From: a virus
Direction: 5' to 3' (one strand)
Length of the DNA: 64,000 bases
Virus record (IMG/VR): IMGVR_UViG_3300028864_000019
Span: 32,001 to 96,000 of that record
The notes below the pieces were generated by a model. The model made no database searches. It saw nothing but the letters and a program-made list of their open reading frames with translations, and had not been told where the DNA came from. The translations under genes were made by a program, and so were the position numbers. Below, one piece after another: positions 1 through 10,458 of this stretch. How positions within the stretch are numbered: the stretch's first letter is position 1; every line of letters begins with the position of its first letter.

Positions 1-972
1 TCCTGCGATAGAATTAAAAACAATATTAAATGTTGTACAAATCACTTTTTTCTTAACTTCTTTTTTAATATAATTTTCTATATTCATTTTTTTAATACTA
101 TTTATTTTATTTTGAATATCTATATCTGTCATATGTATATAATCTTCATAATAAGCCCAAATCAATCTTGTTCCATCAGGAAATCTACCCGATGTTGATT
201 GTAATCCCCTGCAACATTTTCCTATCGTTCCACTGTCTTTTCTAAAACCACAATAGGTATTGGCATCACCTATACTTAAAAATATTTTTCTATTGTTAAG
301 ACAAACTACCTTTTTAAATTGTACATTTAGTTCTATATCTTCCATTCGTTCTTCCGCTTTATGTATTGTATAATCATTTAAGTACATCCATACCATTTTT
401 TCACCTGTAATTGGATTTAATCCTGCATATCTATATTCTCCTTTACATGCTAAACTAATTGTTTTTCTGTCTATATTATATTTTTTACCAGCTTGTTTAA
501 GTGATAAAAAGGTTTCATTTGTGTTAACACATATAACAGGTAAAGATACTTCCAATTTAGATATTCTATTTTTATTTTTAGATTCCTCAGTATGTTGAAA
601 TCCACAACCACTTCCACCGCCAATATTTTTATTGTATCCATATTTCCTATTATCAGAATCATAATAAGAAATCCAACATTGCTCTTTGATATTTAATTCT
701 TCTTGGGAAAAAGCAATATCAAATACTTCTACTATTTCAAAAGCTTTAAATCCATGTGTTTTTATAGAACTTAATAAATGTTTATTTGCGTCTAATTTTC
801 TTTTTAATCTACCTTTATGGTAATTATATACTCTTTCAATTCCTGTACCTTTGTAATTATATCTTTTATAAAAACCACCTTCTTGTGCGGTTTGTCCAAT
901 ATAAACTTTGCCATTAACAATATTTGTTATTCTGTATATAATCCCATACACTTCTAAATTCCCTATTTTCAT
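1..972 (-). CDS. GIY-YIG homing endonuclease with NUMOD1-like C-terminal repeats (3' end runs off the window)
   Basis: Absent from the ORF track because it is open at the edge. ATG at 972 translates MKIGNLEVYGIIYRITNIVNGKVYIGQT...EELNIKEQCWI...GYNKNIGG; paralogue of 31020..32081. Confidence 0.85.
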   Translation of the reverse strand, partial: MKIGNLEVYGIIYRITNIVNGKVYIGQTAQEGGFYKRYNYKGTGIERVYNYHKGRLKRKLDANKHLLSSIKTHGFKAFEIVEVFDIAFSQEELNIKEQCWISYYDSDNRKYGYNKNIGGGSGCGFQHTEESKNKNRISKLEVSLPVICVNTNETFLSLKQAGKKYNIDRKTISLACKGEYRYAGLNPITGEKMVWMYLNDYTIHKAEERMEDIELNVQFKKVVCLNNRKIFLSIGDANTYCGFRKDSGTIGKCCRGLQSTSGRFPDGTRLIWAYYEDYIHMTDIDIQNKINSIKKMNIENYIKKEVKKKVICTTFNIVFNSIAG

Positions 973-1081
973 GTCTGCACCTTCTTCTATTAATTTATTG
1001 CCAAACCATATAAAGTTAATTATTTTCAAATTTAAGGGAAGCAATTATACTTCCCACATTACCTATAAATAACCCATTTAT

Positions 1082-1840
1082 TTATAATTTGTACCCTAAT
1101 TTACTTAAAGCATAAAATACTGCACATATTCTTGTACTTGTAACTTCCATTGATTTTCTTTTAAATCTAAGTCTTCCATCACATGTTACATCAATATCTG
1201 TATTATCCAGTTCTCTAGATGTTTTTATAAATTCAATCATATCATCACTTGAACAATTGTTTGGAATTAATTTAAATAATGTGTCTTTATCATTGATAAG
1301 TTTTGCATTGTTAACAGCTATATATCTCATATCATCTAAATCTAATTCAACAATATTAGCAAATCCTTTTTCTTGAAGATAATCTACAACTGCTTGACCT
1401 ATATTTATAGTTGGTATAATAATTTTACAATTATCAATTCCTTTTATTGATTCTATCAATTTATCAGCAATATCTTCTAACTTATTTCCAGTAATTTTAA
1501 TAAATCTAATTATTTTTAATTCTGAATTGTTGTTCTCTTCGAATAATACTCCATAATTTGTTCCTTCTCTAGATACATCAAAAGATAAATAATAATTCTT
1601 ACCACTTGGAATATCACTACTATAACTAATTCTTATATCATTATTAAATATAGTTTTAACTCTATTATTTGTAACATTGTCCATTGATGTAATTATTTCC
1701 ACTTCGATAGTTTCGTCTCCATATTGACTCTTTTTAATTTCTCCTATGTATAGATTATCAATGTCTTTCAACTTTAGCATTTTGCCAAAATCACCTTTTG
1801 TAAAAAATACTTTTGCTTTTCCTAATTGTGTACTGTTCAT
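1082..1840 (-). CDS. Protein resembling a stand-alone, degenerate terminase large-subunit nuclease (RNase H-like) domain
   Basis: YYLSFDVSREG, IIIPTINIGQAVVDYL and TRICAVFYAL echo the terminase C-terminal motifs DVAR, IDxNGxG and KDRxxAxxYAL; no ATPase domain. Confidence 0.45.
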   Translation of the reverse strand: MNSTQLGKAKVFFTKGDFGKMLKLKDIDNLYIGEIKKSQYGDETIEVEIITSMDNVTNNRVKTIFNNDIRISYSSDIPSGKNYYLSFDVSREGTNYGVLFEENNNSELKIIRFIKITGNKLEDIADKLIESIKGIDNCKIIIPTINIGQAVVDYLQEKGFANIVELDLDDMRYIAVNNAKLINDKDTLFKLIPNNCSSDDMIEFIKTSRELDNTDIDVTCDGRLRFKRKSMEVTSTRICAVFYALSKLGYKL

Positions 1841-1993
1841 TTAATATCATCCTTTCTTTTACTGCCTTTGCAGTCATCCTTATATTTTTATAATTCACAT
1901 AGATTTTCACTTGTGAACTAATTCTAAAATACCAATATAGATATACTAGAATTACCTCAAAAGGAGGTTTTATCTTTTGTTTGATTATTTAAT

Positions 1994-2422
1994 TTATTTC
2001 TTTTCTTTAAAACTTTCAACTGAATCTTCCTTAATAATATCATCAATTATTTTAATTAATTCTTCTATCTCACTAACAGTTAATTCAATACTATCATCTG
2101 CATTAACTTCATCTTTTAACTTTACCAACTCTTCTTTTATTAATAATTTTCTATTTTCTTCATAATCGACATGTACTCTATTCATTACTCTTTTATAAAA
2201 ATCACTATATCTTTTACCTTCTGATTCATATTCAGACATTTTGCCAGCTTGTTTTAATTTTTCAACTAAATTAAAATCTTTAGGATATCCTATAGTTTGA
2301 TTTGGATTCGTTTTAAATTCATTAATTTCATCTCTTAGTTTATCAAGTTGATAAGTTCTTATATAATCATACATTGCATCAAATATTTTTATGTCCTCTT
2401 TACTTAATATTTTTTCACTCAT
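1994..2422 (-). CDS. hypothetical protein
   Basis: 142-aa ORF with GGAG RBS, co-oriented with neighbours. Confidence 0.7.
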   Translation of the reverse strand: MSEKILSKEDIKIFDAMYDYIRTYQLDKLRDEINEFKTNPNQTIGYPKDFNLVEKLKQAGKMSEYESEGKRYSDFYKRVMNRVHVDYEENRKLLIKEELVKLKDEVNADDSIELTVSEIEELIKIIDDIIKEDSVESFKEKK

Positions 2423-2470
2423 TTATATATCTCCATTCTTTTTAATTTATTAATTATTCTTAGCTGTTTT

Positions 2471-2611
2471 TCAAACTTGTACATTAAATTTAGCTACTAT
2501 TGGCTTAGATTGTTTTGTATTACCTACCGTATAATAGATTTCAACAGTATTTTTATCTATGTATACTGGTTCTTCAAAACTAACGTTAATTGATAATTTA
2601 CTTGTATCCAT
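2471..2611 (-). CDS. small hypothetical protein (46 aa)
   Basis: MDTSKLSINVSFEEPVYID...; AGGTGAG RBS; below the ORF-track cutoff. Confidence 0.5.
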   Translation of the reverse strand: MDTSKLSINVSFEEPVYIDKNTVEIYYTVGNTKQSKPIVAKFNVQV

Positions 2612-3080
2612 ATTTCTCACCTACTTATATTTAATATTAATACATTAATTTGTTGTTATCAATATTTTCTTTGGAATATTTTTCTAAATTTATTTATAAG
2701 AGAGTTTTGATTATTCAATTTTTAAACTTCCATTTACTCTCTCATACTCCAGTTTACTCCGTTTTTCAAACATAAAAACCCTTTAAAATTTCCCTTTTAC
2801 TTAAAAATTGTTATATTAATTTATTTATCTCGTATATGTTTTAAATATTTCATTTTCTCTAATCTCGCATTTAGTTTGTAGTCTACAAAGCGATACAACG
2901 AATAATACTGTAAAACTTATTATTATTCCTAAAATTATTAACATTATTATTTCCCCCTTATTTGATTATTTTTATCTCATATAGAGTTTCATTATCTATA
3001 TCATTAACTGTATGTAGCCCTAATAACTTATCTAATACTATTAACCCTATTACTATCAATATTCCTTCTAACATCTTATC

Positions 3081-3728
3081 TTACACGCTTCCTTTCTTCC
3101 TATTTATTAATTTTACAAATTTCTCTTGTTCATTTAATTCATATTCTGCATAAGATTTTGATACTGAATTTATTAAGTGTTGCTTTTGTTGTAATGATTT
3201 ATATTTAATTTTAACAGTGATTCCTTTTATCTTAGGCAATGTATCAGTTATTCCATAAATATGATCTTCATTAACTTCAATAATATTATCTTTATGTTCA
3301 TGTGAAGGGCTTCTCATATATTCTACTTTTAATATTTCGTCCACTTCATTCAATATATCACCGTTCATTTGTAATTGTCTTTTGTGATATCCGTTTTCAT
3401 AATTCAACTGGGTTAAATGATTATCTTGATTACTTATTTTCTTTTCTTGTACTTGAAATCCACCTAGTTGTCTAACTAGCATTTCCATTGTTTTTAGTTC
3501 ATTCTTTGCCTCTCTCCGAGCTTGTCTAAGTTTTTGTAATGACTTCGCTAGTTGCCACCCTGTATATAAATCGAATTTCCCTAATCCTTCTATCTTATGT
3601 AGTAAATCTTGTTGTACATCATTAAAGACTTTTTCTTTTATCTTAAGTTTATTATAATATTCTTTAGCTTCTATGATATTTGTATTAATTTGATTAGCGT
3701 AACTTGTAGCTTTACACAATTTAATCAT
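3081..3728 (-). CDS. hypothetical coiled-coil protein
   Basis: 215-aa ORF, AAAGGA RBS, preceded by a TTGACA-17-TATACT promoter. Confidence 0.75.
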   Translation of the reverse strand: MIKLCKATSYANQINTNIIEAKEYYNKLKIKEKVFNDVQQDLLHKIEGLGKFDLYTGWQLAKSLQKLRQARREAKNELKTMEMLVRQLGGFQVQEKKISNQDNHLTQLNYENGYHKRQLQMNGDILNEVDEILKVEYMRSPSHEHKDNIIEVNEDHIYGITDTLPKIKGITVKIKYKSLQQKQHLINSVSKSYAEYELNEQEKFVKLINRKKGSV

Positions 3729-3835
3729 TTCCTTTCTTTATATATTAATTTGTTTTGTATTATATATTAAGTATAAGGTTAAATATGGAAGATGTCAATA
3801 GTATTTCTAGTATTTATATTAATTTATTTTATGTA

Positions 3836-4792
3836 TTAGTCCGTTATTTCAACTTTATAGTTAATCATAGCTATGTATAGGTGTTCAGGAATCTGATCTT
3901 TATAATCATTTGCTACTTGCTTAATTCGATTTTCCTTAAATTCTTTATAAGATTGAAATGCTTCTATTTTAGTATCAAATGTCCCAAGATATATACTTTT
4001 ATTATTCTTATCTGTGCCTTTTGCTCTAATTTTCCCATCTTTCTTATTTAAACTAACACCAATAGGAAAATCCCCTCTATAATTCTTTCTATTAATAAAC
4101 AAATTATTTATCCTTTCTGGAACAAAACAACAAGTATCAGGTGAATATATTTTATTTCCCTTAATTAGAATATCTTTATCAAGACACATTTTCTCTCCTT
4201 CTATCTCATAATAATTTTCTTTATACCAGCGTACAAAATTCTCAAAATTGTACCATTCTTCTGCTACAATACAATCTTTATATGTAGGATATTTTTCTTT
4301 ATACTTTTTACTATAACATCTAGTCATCATACTATTCCACTTATAGTATTCTTTACTTGTACTATTGTTTTCGTTTAAAACACTTACCTTATGGGCAATT
4401 CTATTAGTACAATTACTAACTTTTCCTTTTTTAAAATTGTCATATTGCGTTTTAACTCTATATCCACCTTCAAATTCAACTATAATATTTTGTGTATTAA
4501 TGTACTCTACAATAGTCATTTTAATACCATGATTGTTATATTTTACTTCTCCAGTTCTATCAATAAGACATGCCCTTTTAGAATTTTGTTTTTCATAGTC
4601 TGAATTTTTTATTAATCCTCTTTTAAAATTATTATATGTTTTATTATAAGATATGTAACCATCTTCAAACTCAATATCTACATCGTTACATCCTCGATAT
4701 TCTTTAATCCACATCCTTAGCCCTTGAGTGTTAATATTTTCTTCACCTATTCTATTTAATAATTTTTCTTTCATTATTTTTCTCCTTTTCAA
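3836..4792 (-). CDS. HNH/AP2-type free-standing homing endonuclease-like protein
   Basis: W..MMTRCY, CLDKDILIKGNKIYSPDTCCFVP, YLGTFDT..EAF; paralogue of 11186..12145. Likely start is the second Met (MKEKLL). Confidence 0.8.
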   Translation of the reverse strand: MKRRKIMKEKLLNRIGEENINTQGLRMWIKEYRGCNDVDIEFEDGYISYNKTYNNFKRGLIKNSDYEKQNSKRACLIDRTGEVKYNNHGIKMTIVEYINTQNIIVEFEGGYRVKTQYDNFKKGKVSNCTNRIAHKVSVLNENNSTSKEYYKWNSMMTRCYSKKYKEKYPTYKDCIVAEEWYNFENFVRWYKENYYEIEGEKMCLDKDILIKGNKIYSPDTCCFVPERINNLFINRKNYRGDFPIGVSLNKKDGKIRAKGTDKNNKSIYLGTFDTKIEAFQSYKEFKENRIKQVANDYKDQIPEHLYIAMINYKVEITD

Positions 4793-4877
4793 TTTACTTT
4801 TAAACTAACAAGAGAGTAATTCCAAGATTTCTCCCAGTCTTACTCTCTTATTGATACCGACTTCTAATTAATAATGA

Positions 4878-4997
4878 TTATCCACGGTCAGAAGGACCAG
4901 CCCATGCAACTAATGTAGTAACGATCATTGATGTAATTATTATAGCCATCATCATAAAGTATTTAACTCTAGCTTTTGTGTTTTTGCTTATCTTCAT
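4878..4997 (-). CDS. Secreted signalling pro-peptide (AimP/Phr-like), 39 aa, predicted mature peptide GPSDRG
   Basis: MKISKNTKARVKYFMMMAIIITSMIVTTLVAWAGPSDRG*; strong RBS GGAGGAGAGGTG; basic N-region, hydrophobic core, A-W-A signal peptidase site leaving 6 residues. Confidence 0.8.
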   Translation of the reverse strand: MKISKNTKARVKYFMMMAIIITSMIVTTLVAWAGPSDRG

Positions 4998-5090
4998 TTT
5001 TGTTCACCTCTCCTCCATATGTACTATTAGCATAAGATTTACTTATACTAAATTGTAAATATGGAAGAAATTATCTTTTGTTTATTTAAT

Positions 5091-5744
5091 TTAGCTTACT
5101 TTATTATTTCTTTTTTCTTCTTCTTTTAATAACAATACATTTTTATATAATGCAACATCTGTTTTTTTAATTTCTTTTTCAAAACATTCAAATTGATCTT
5201 GATATTGTTTATTATTGTTATGTAATAATATGTCCATTATTTGTAGGACAATATTATCATTACGCTCTAGCAAACTTATATTAAATTTTGCTGTTAATTT
5301 ATTAAAATAACCCATTGTATCATTTGGAGTGCATGTTTTAAACGCATCATAATATTCCTCATATGCTTTTATTTTCTCCTCATTGCTCAATTCATCTTTA
5401 TAACTATCTATATAATTATTAAGGGCTTTACTATACTTGTGTTTATTCTCTTTTTTATAATTAGGAATTGAATTCAATTCATCTAATAGTAATTTCGAAT
5501 GTAATTTTGCTGATTGTAAGTGTTCAGGCTTTTTGGTTAATAGTTCTGCCACAACTAATCCATTTAATAACAATCTCCTGTTTTCTATTTTTTTTAATTT
5601 GTCGTGCATTTGAAGAAATAATTTTTGTAATTCAATTATTGCTTTATCTATATCACCTTTTTTACCATTAACCCCGTCCCAAATATCATATGCCTCATCT
5701 AATTTCTTTTTAAATAGTCGTTCAATGGCATCTTCATTTATCAT
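5091..5744 (-). CDS. All-helical TPR-like protein, candidate RRNPP-type peptide receptor lacking an HTH domain
   Basis: 217-aa helical pattern with periodic Asn (LLLNGLV, KALNNYI, AKFNISL); immediately upstream of the pro-peptide gene. Confidence 0.55.
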   Translation of the reverse strand: MINEDAIERLFKKKLDEAYDIWDGVNGKKGDIDKAIIELQKLFLQMHDKLKKIENRRLLLNGLVVAELLTKKPEHLQSAKLHSKLLLDELNSIPNYKKENKHKYSKALNNYIDSYKDELSNEEKIKAYEEYYDAFKTCTPNDTMGYFNKLTAKFNISLLERNDNIVLQIMDILLHNNNKQYQDQFECFEKEIKKTDVALYKNVLLLKEEEKRNNKVS

Positions 5745-5775
5745 CTTAATGCAACCCCTTTAATCCTCATATATT

Positions 5776-6588
5776 TTACATGACTACAGATTCATCTCCT
5801 GTTTTATATATTTTATAATAATCTCTATAGTCTAATCCATTTTCTTTACAAATGTCTTCTAGTTCCATTAAAAATATTTCTCTTTCTTCTAATAAATGTT
5901 TGACTAAACTTTCAGTCTTTCTTCTTGCTATGGCTTTTTCATAAGTGTGTATGTCTTCTAATTTTTCTTCTAATCTAATTCTTATTTCTTTATTTAATTT
6001 CTCCAATGGCGTTTTCTCTTTTAAATCTCCTAATTGAATGTTTCGGGCATTATCTATGCGTTTCATGGTCAATTCGTCCACAGTACCAACATAAGTAAGC
6101 AAATCATATCTAACGTCTATAGTTGTTATTTGTTCTGTAAGAACTAGAGATTTTTCTTTTAAACCAAAATTCTCAATCTCGACGTGAACAGGAATATTAG
6201 CTTTTGACGATACTTTGCTTGTGATTGGGAATCCATTTACGATAGTTGAATATTGATTACTTAAACTATTTGAGGTTATTAAAAATGGACGTATATTACA
6301 TTGGCAACTACCATTCCTTTTCCCTAAATTAACATACCAAATTTCACATCTTTTTGCTCTTTTAATCTCTCTATATTTTGTTTCGTTATTTAATTTATTA
6401 TTACTATAACTACTCATTAGTTGATCAATTCTTTTGGTGTCCACAACTCCTCCTTTATTTGGAACATCATTTATAGCTATTTCTTTTTCTGCCAATTTAT
6501 CTCTTAATTCTTTTAATCTATTATCATTTTCTAATAAAGTTAGCATTACGACCACCTTCCGCTTAATTAATTCCTTCTTAATTTCCAA
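5776..6588 (-). CDS. PemK/MazF-family endoribonuclease with N- and C-terminal extensions
   Basis: RCEIWYVNLG..NGSCQ..IRPFLITSN...N.YS.IV..FPITSK...IPVHVEI...LKEKSLVLTEQITTID. Probable true start ATG at 6547 (RBS GAAGGTGG). Confidence 0.9.
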   Translation of the reverse strand: MEIKKELIKRKVVVMLTLLENDNRLKELRDKLAEKEIAINDVPNKGGVVDTKRIDQLMSSYSNNKLNNETKYREIKRAKRCEIWYVNLGKRNGSCQCNIRPFLITSNSLSNQYSTIVNGFPITSKVSSKANIPVHVEIENFGLKEKSLVLTEQITTIDVRYDLLTYVGTVDELTMKRIDNARNIQLGDLKEKTPLEKLNKEIRIRLEEKLEDIHTYEKAIARRKTESLVKHLLEEREIFLMELEDICKENGLDYRDYYKIYKTGDESVVM

Positions 6589-6636
6589 TTAAAATTACTT
6601 TTTTATATACTTTAATTTGTTTCATCTCATGTTTAA

Positions 6637-6856
6637 ATTTTACTGCTAATTCCATTTCTTGTCAATACCTTTTTCCAATTATTTATAATTTATTTTTAAC
6701 TTCTTTATTAATTTGTTTTGTCAATTCCTATATTCTTATATTACTACTTATTTCCAAACCTGTCAATAACCTTTTTAAATATTTTTTGTTTATACAATAA
6801 TTTGTTTAATATCTTGTCCATGAGTTAATAATACACCTACCTGAATACAATGTCAA
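6637..6856 (-). promoter_or_regulatory. Three tandem sigma-A promoters upstream of the mazF-like/receptor/peptide operon
   Basis: Minus strand: TTGACA(6856)-17-TATTAT, TTGACA(6766)-17-TAATAT, TTGACA(6665)-17-TAAAAT. Confidence 0.7.
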
Positions 6857-6933
6857 CAACTATTTAATAAATTAATGTAATAAGTTTTAGACTTTAAAAT
6901 ATAAAAGAAAGACTAGAAATTACTTCTAGTCTA

Positions 6934-8091
6934 CTACTCTATATCAACAGCGTCAAAGCCGATTGATGCACAAATATCTTTAACTGTTTGATATGAGTTT
7001 GGATCTATTACTTTAAACTCTGCTGTTTTAGCTTTAAAACTTCCTGTTTGTCGCTTGATAACATTATCTCCAGTCAAACTCTCATATCTCTTTCTCATCA
7101 TAGCGACTGATGTAGCATTAATTTTAGATTCATTGAAAATCTTAATTATAGCTTCAATATCATATGAACTAATCTTTCTCTCTTTTCTAATTTGTAATAA
7201 TAATTCAAACTCTCTAGTAAATAATAAATCGTTAAAAGAAATTCTATCTATTTTTTCTGCATCTATTACTTCTTCTTTTCGTTTTTTATTTAATAATTTA
7301 AACGCAGTAAACACTCTACTATTTACAGTATTATAATTAGCTATTTCTCTCGTATTAATTACATATGCGTCAGATTGGAATAATTGTTTTATTGATTCTT
7401 CTTCTACAATACTATCTACTTCTAATAAAAACTCTATAAATCTATCATCAATCGGCATCAATGTTATAAACTCTTCATTCTCATTATAAACACTGATAAA
7501 TTTGTTTACTACATCTATATCTTTATATCTCAATCGTCTCATATAAATCACTTCTCTACCTAAAACACCATATCGAGCTAATAATAGTGGCTTTATATTT
7601 TCTGAACCAACACACTCTTTCATTTCTCTCATTAAACTATAAAATTCATCCATATTGTATAATTTAGTTTGAAGTAGTTTTTTACTAGATTTTAGAGTCT
7701 TCATAGATTCTACTCCGGACAATGGGTTAACAGATATATCCCCTTTTTCAATATAGTATTCAAAATACTTATTAACAAACAGTTTTATAGTTCCCATTGT
7801 ACTCTCCATAGCATATATGAAGCTATTTAGCATAGATACTACTTCGTTACTCTTAAAGTCTTTTAAATCTTTATTTTTAGCAACTTCATAATCATGGATA
7901 TTGTTATTATAAACCGACCATAAAGGCTTTTTAGTTATTTCGTCCTCATAAGTATTATTTAACCACACAATCTTATCTATTTGAAATTGGTCATATTCAC
8001 CTAAGATTCTTTGCTTTTCCTTTTCTGTTGCTTCAGGTGTATCTCTTTCGTATTTTTGACCTATAAATTCTAAATTTTCTTTAAGCAACAC
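6934..8091 (-). CDS. MrpR/YopR-like phage master repressor (tyrosine-recombinase-like fold)
   Basis: Integrase-like layout (YEVAKNKDLKDF, YFEYYIEKG..SVNPL, LLLARYGVLGREV..MRRLRYKDID) without a clear HxxR/Y set; overlaps a ParB-like gene as SPbeta yopQ-yopR do. Confidence 0.65.
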   Translation of the reverse strand: MLLKENLEFIGQKYERDTPEATEKEKQRILGEYDQFQIDKIVWLNNTYEDEITKKPLWSVYNNNIHDYEVAKNKDLKDFKSNEVVSMLNSFIYAMESTMGTIKLFVNKYFEYYIEKGDISVNPLSGVESMKTLKSSKKLLQTKLYNMDEFYSLMREMKECVGSENIKPLLLARYGVLGREVIYMRRLRYKDIDVVNKFISVYNENEEFITLMPIDDRFIEFLLEVDSIVEEESIKQLFQSDAYVINTREIANYNTVNSRVFTAFKLLNKKRKEEVIDAEKIDRISFNDLLFTREFELLLQIRKERKISSYDIEAIIKIFNESKINATSVAMMRKRYESLTGDNVIKRQTGSFKAKTAEFKVIDPNSYQTVKDICASIGFDAVDIE

Positions 8092-9517
8092 GTAGCACCT
8101 CCACTGTTAAATTTGCAAAATAATTATACACATCTTTATAATTACACGTATTTGGACTATTCTTTAATTTTAATTTTTTTAGTTCAGATTCTGGAATTGA
8201 ATATATATTATCAACAATCTCATCTATCCTATTATAATCTCCTAGTACTCTCATTGTATTTGCAATCGCAAGATAACCAACAAACATATTGCAGTCTAAA
8301 AGACTACTGTTATTTTTCATTTCTTCTATATCATCATTAAAATATTTAAATTTCAATGTATCAATTAATTCATCAATTGTTGAACCCAATTTTTTTGATA
8401 TATCTCTAACTAATCCTTTTTTCTCTACAGGAATTTCGGTTAATGTTAAAGCATCTAATAATATAGTTTTATAAGTTAACTTTCTTACCATTTTACGTTC
8501 TTCAAAATTTAATGCAATTTCGTCTTTTAATACTGTTGAATTCTCTTCAATTAATTTCAAGAAATCTACATCATCGCCTTGTTTAAATCCTTTAATAAAT
8601 TCAGGATTTGTATCTGATCTCTCGAATATTTGTCTGATTAATTCTTGAGCATCAGATAAACTTCTCAATACAACCCTAATATCTAGACCACCTTGTAATA
8701 TAGCACCGTTATTTTGTGCTTTATACTGTTCTACAGCTTGATATACTGCTAACATTCTATGAAAACCATCTAACATATCTATAACTGTGAAAGTCTCACT
8801 ATCTAAATCATAATTCGGACTTACATATAAAGTTCCTACATTTGGGTATTTTTCTTCATCTATTGATTCATAATGGCGATTAGGTTCAAAATTTTCCTCT
8901 CCTTCAGCAAGTCTAATATTCACAATTATTTGAGTATCTTCTAATTTTTTGGTTTTAGACAATAATAAATTTGTCATTGCGTCAACATTTTTCTGATTAA
9001 TATCAATAATTCTAACTGAATCGTCTTTAGTCCCTAACGATTTTGTCTTGTATGCTCTCTGAGATAATTTGTTATATCTGAATAGTACAAATTTAATATA
9101 ATTATAGATTTGTTCATATGTGATTCGCCCAACATAGTTATAATTATCTACTTTTTGCATAAAAGGCAATACTACTTGTGTTACCTTCTTCTCTACATTA
9201 GTAAAACTATTATAGTCTAAAATATCTGTATCGCTAAAATATTTTCTATAGTTTAATTTTTCTAATGCTAAAACCTCATAGCAAACCTTAGTAATAGCAA
9301 TTTTTTCTTCTTTAGATAATTTGTTTAATTTAACTGAACCGTCTAAAAACAATCCTGCTGTGATGTTTGTATTCAAATTCTTTTTAGCCAATTCTACATT
9401 AATTGATTTAATCAGCCCTTTATTTTTAAATTCTTTATTAACCACATTTTCTAATTCTTTATTTAAATTGTCCTGACTATAAATCATGACTTCTTGTTGT
9501 CCTTGTTTAAGTTCCAT
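8081..9517 (-). CDS. ParB/DndB-like (DGxHR) protein, YopQ-like
   Basis: YNKLSQR and MLDGFHR motifs; translationally coupled to the MrpR-like gene. Confidence 0.7.
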   Translation of the reverse strand: MELKQGQQEVMIYSQDNLNKELENVVNKEFKNKGLIKSINVELAKKNLNTNITAGLFLDGSVKLNKLSKEEKIAITKVCYEVLALEKLNYRKYFSDTDILDYNSFTNVEKKVTQVVLPFMQKVDNYNYVGRITYEQIYNYIKFVLFRYNKLSQRAYKTKSLGTKDDSVRIIDINQKNVDAMTNLLLSKTKKLEDTQIIVNIRLAEGEENFEPNRHYESIDEEKYPNVGTLYVSPNYDLDSETFTVIDMLDGFHRMLAVYQAVEQYKAQNNGAILQGGLDIRVVLRSLSDAQELIRQIFERSDTNPEFIKGFKQGDDVDFLKLIEENSTVLKDEIALNFEERKMVRKLTYKTILLDALTLTEIPVEKKGLVRDISKKLGSTIDELIDTLKFKYFNDDIEEMKNNSSLLDCNMFVGYLAIANTMRVLGDYNRIDEIVDNIYSIPESELKKLKLKNSPNTCNYKDVYNYFANLTVEVLRVA

Positions 9518-9679
9518 AAAAATTCACTCCTTCATTAATATATTATTTATATTATTAACATCTATATTAATTATTATACTCGTTCAACAAATTAAATGCA
9601 ACAAAAAAAGTAATAAAATAATTACTATTTTTATTATTTTATTACTTTTTATTATATAATATTAAATTGTTCTTGTCCA

Positions 9680-9970
9680 TCATTTGGTAATTTTAATTCT
9701 TATGACTCTCTTGCCATATTCCAATATTAATATTTCATCTATGTAGTCACATTTTTTAAAGCTATCATTCTCTATTTCTATATCCATTATACTAATTCCT
9801 ATAGTACCCCAGAAATCTTTAGCCTTACACAGTAGATTTTGTCTATTCTCTTCTATTAATAGATTTTTATTATTTTGTTGAGCCATGAAAATATAACCTA
9901 GTATATTATCTACATTTATTCCTCTTTCTTTATTTTGTATTTGTTTAATTTTTTCTACTCTCATTTCCAT
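9680..9970 (-). CDS. hypothetical protein
   Basis: 96-aa ORF with GGGGTG RBS. Confidence 0.6.
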   Translation of the reverse strand: MEMRVEKIKQIQNKERGINVDNILGYIFMAQQNNKNLLIEENRQNLLCKAKDFWGTIGISIMDIEIENDSFKKCDYIDEILILEYGKRVIRIKITK

Positions 9971-10248
9971 TCTCGCACCCCTTTAATTATTTTTTGATTT
10001 TATATATTAAAACAAATTAATGGTTTAAACTTATTTTCAATTTCATTTTATAACAAATTAATATAGTATGTCAAGTTGTTTTTGGAATTATTTACATTTT
10101 GTTCATTGTTATATGAATTAATGATATTTTTCCATTGTAATACTATTTTCGGATATTATTAACGAAAATCGGATTCACTTTTGTAAACATGTTGTAAATA
10201 TTATCCAACATGTTATAGAATAAGAGCAAAGGAGTTGTAAAAGTAAAT

Positions 10249-10458
10249 ATGGTTAGGATGAGGTTACATATTCTGATGGCTGAACGTGGCATCACTCAAA
10301 AACAACTATCTCTTATTGTTGGGATCAGGCAAGGAACATTAAGTGGTTATTGTTCAAATAATTATAAACATATTGTAAATACACATATAAATAAGTTATG
10401 TACTTACTTTAATTGCAGTATTTCAGATTTAATTGAATATAAACAAGATAATTCTTAA
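10249..10458 (+). CDS. Cro/C1 (YozG-like) HTH regulator
   Basis: LMAERGITQKQLSLIVGIRQGTLS...INKLCTYFNCSISDLIEY. Confidence 0.85.
   Translation: MVRMRLHILMAERGITQKQLSLIVGIRQGTLSGYCSNNYKHIVNTHINKLCTYFNCSISDLIEYKQDNS

Noticed and set aside
471-662. 63-aa minus-strand ORF
   Set aside because: Out-of-frame inside the GIY-YIG gene that runs 972 to the window edge.
6934-8091. Active prophage integrase
   Set aside because: No recognisable HxxR...H...Y catalytic set; context fits an MrpR-type repressor.
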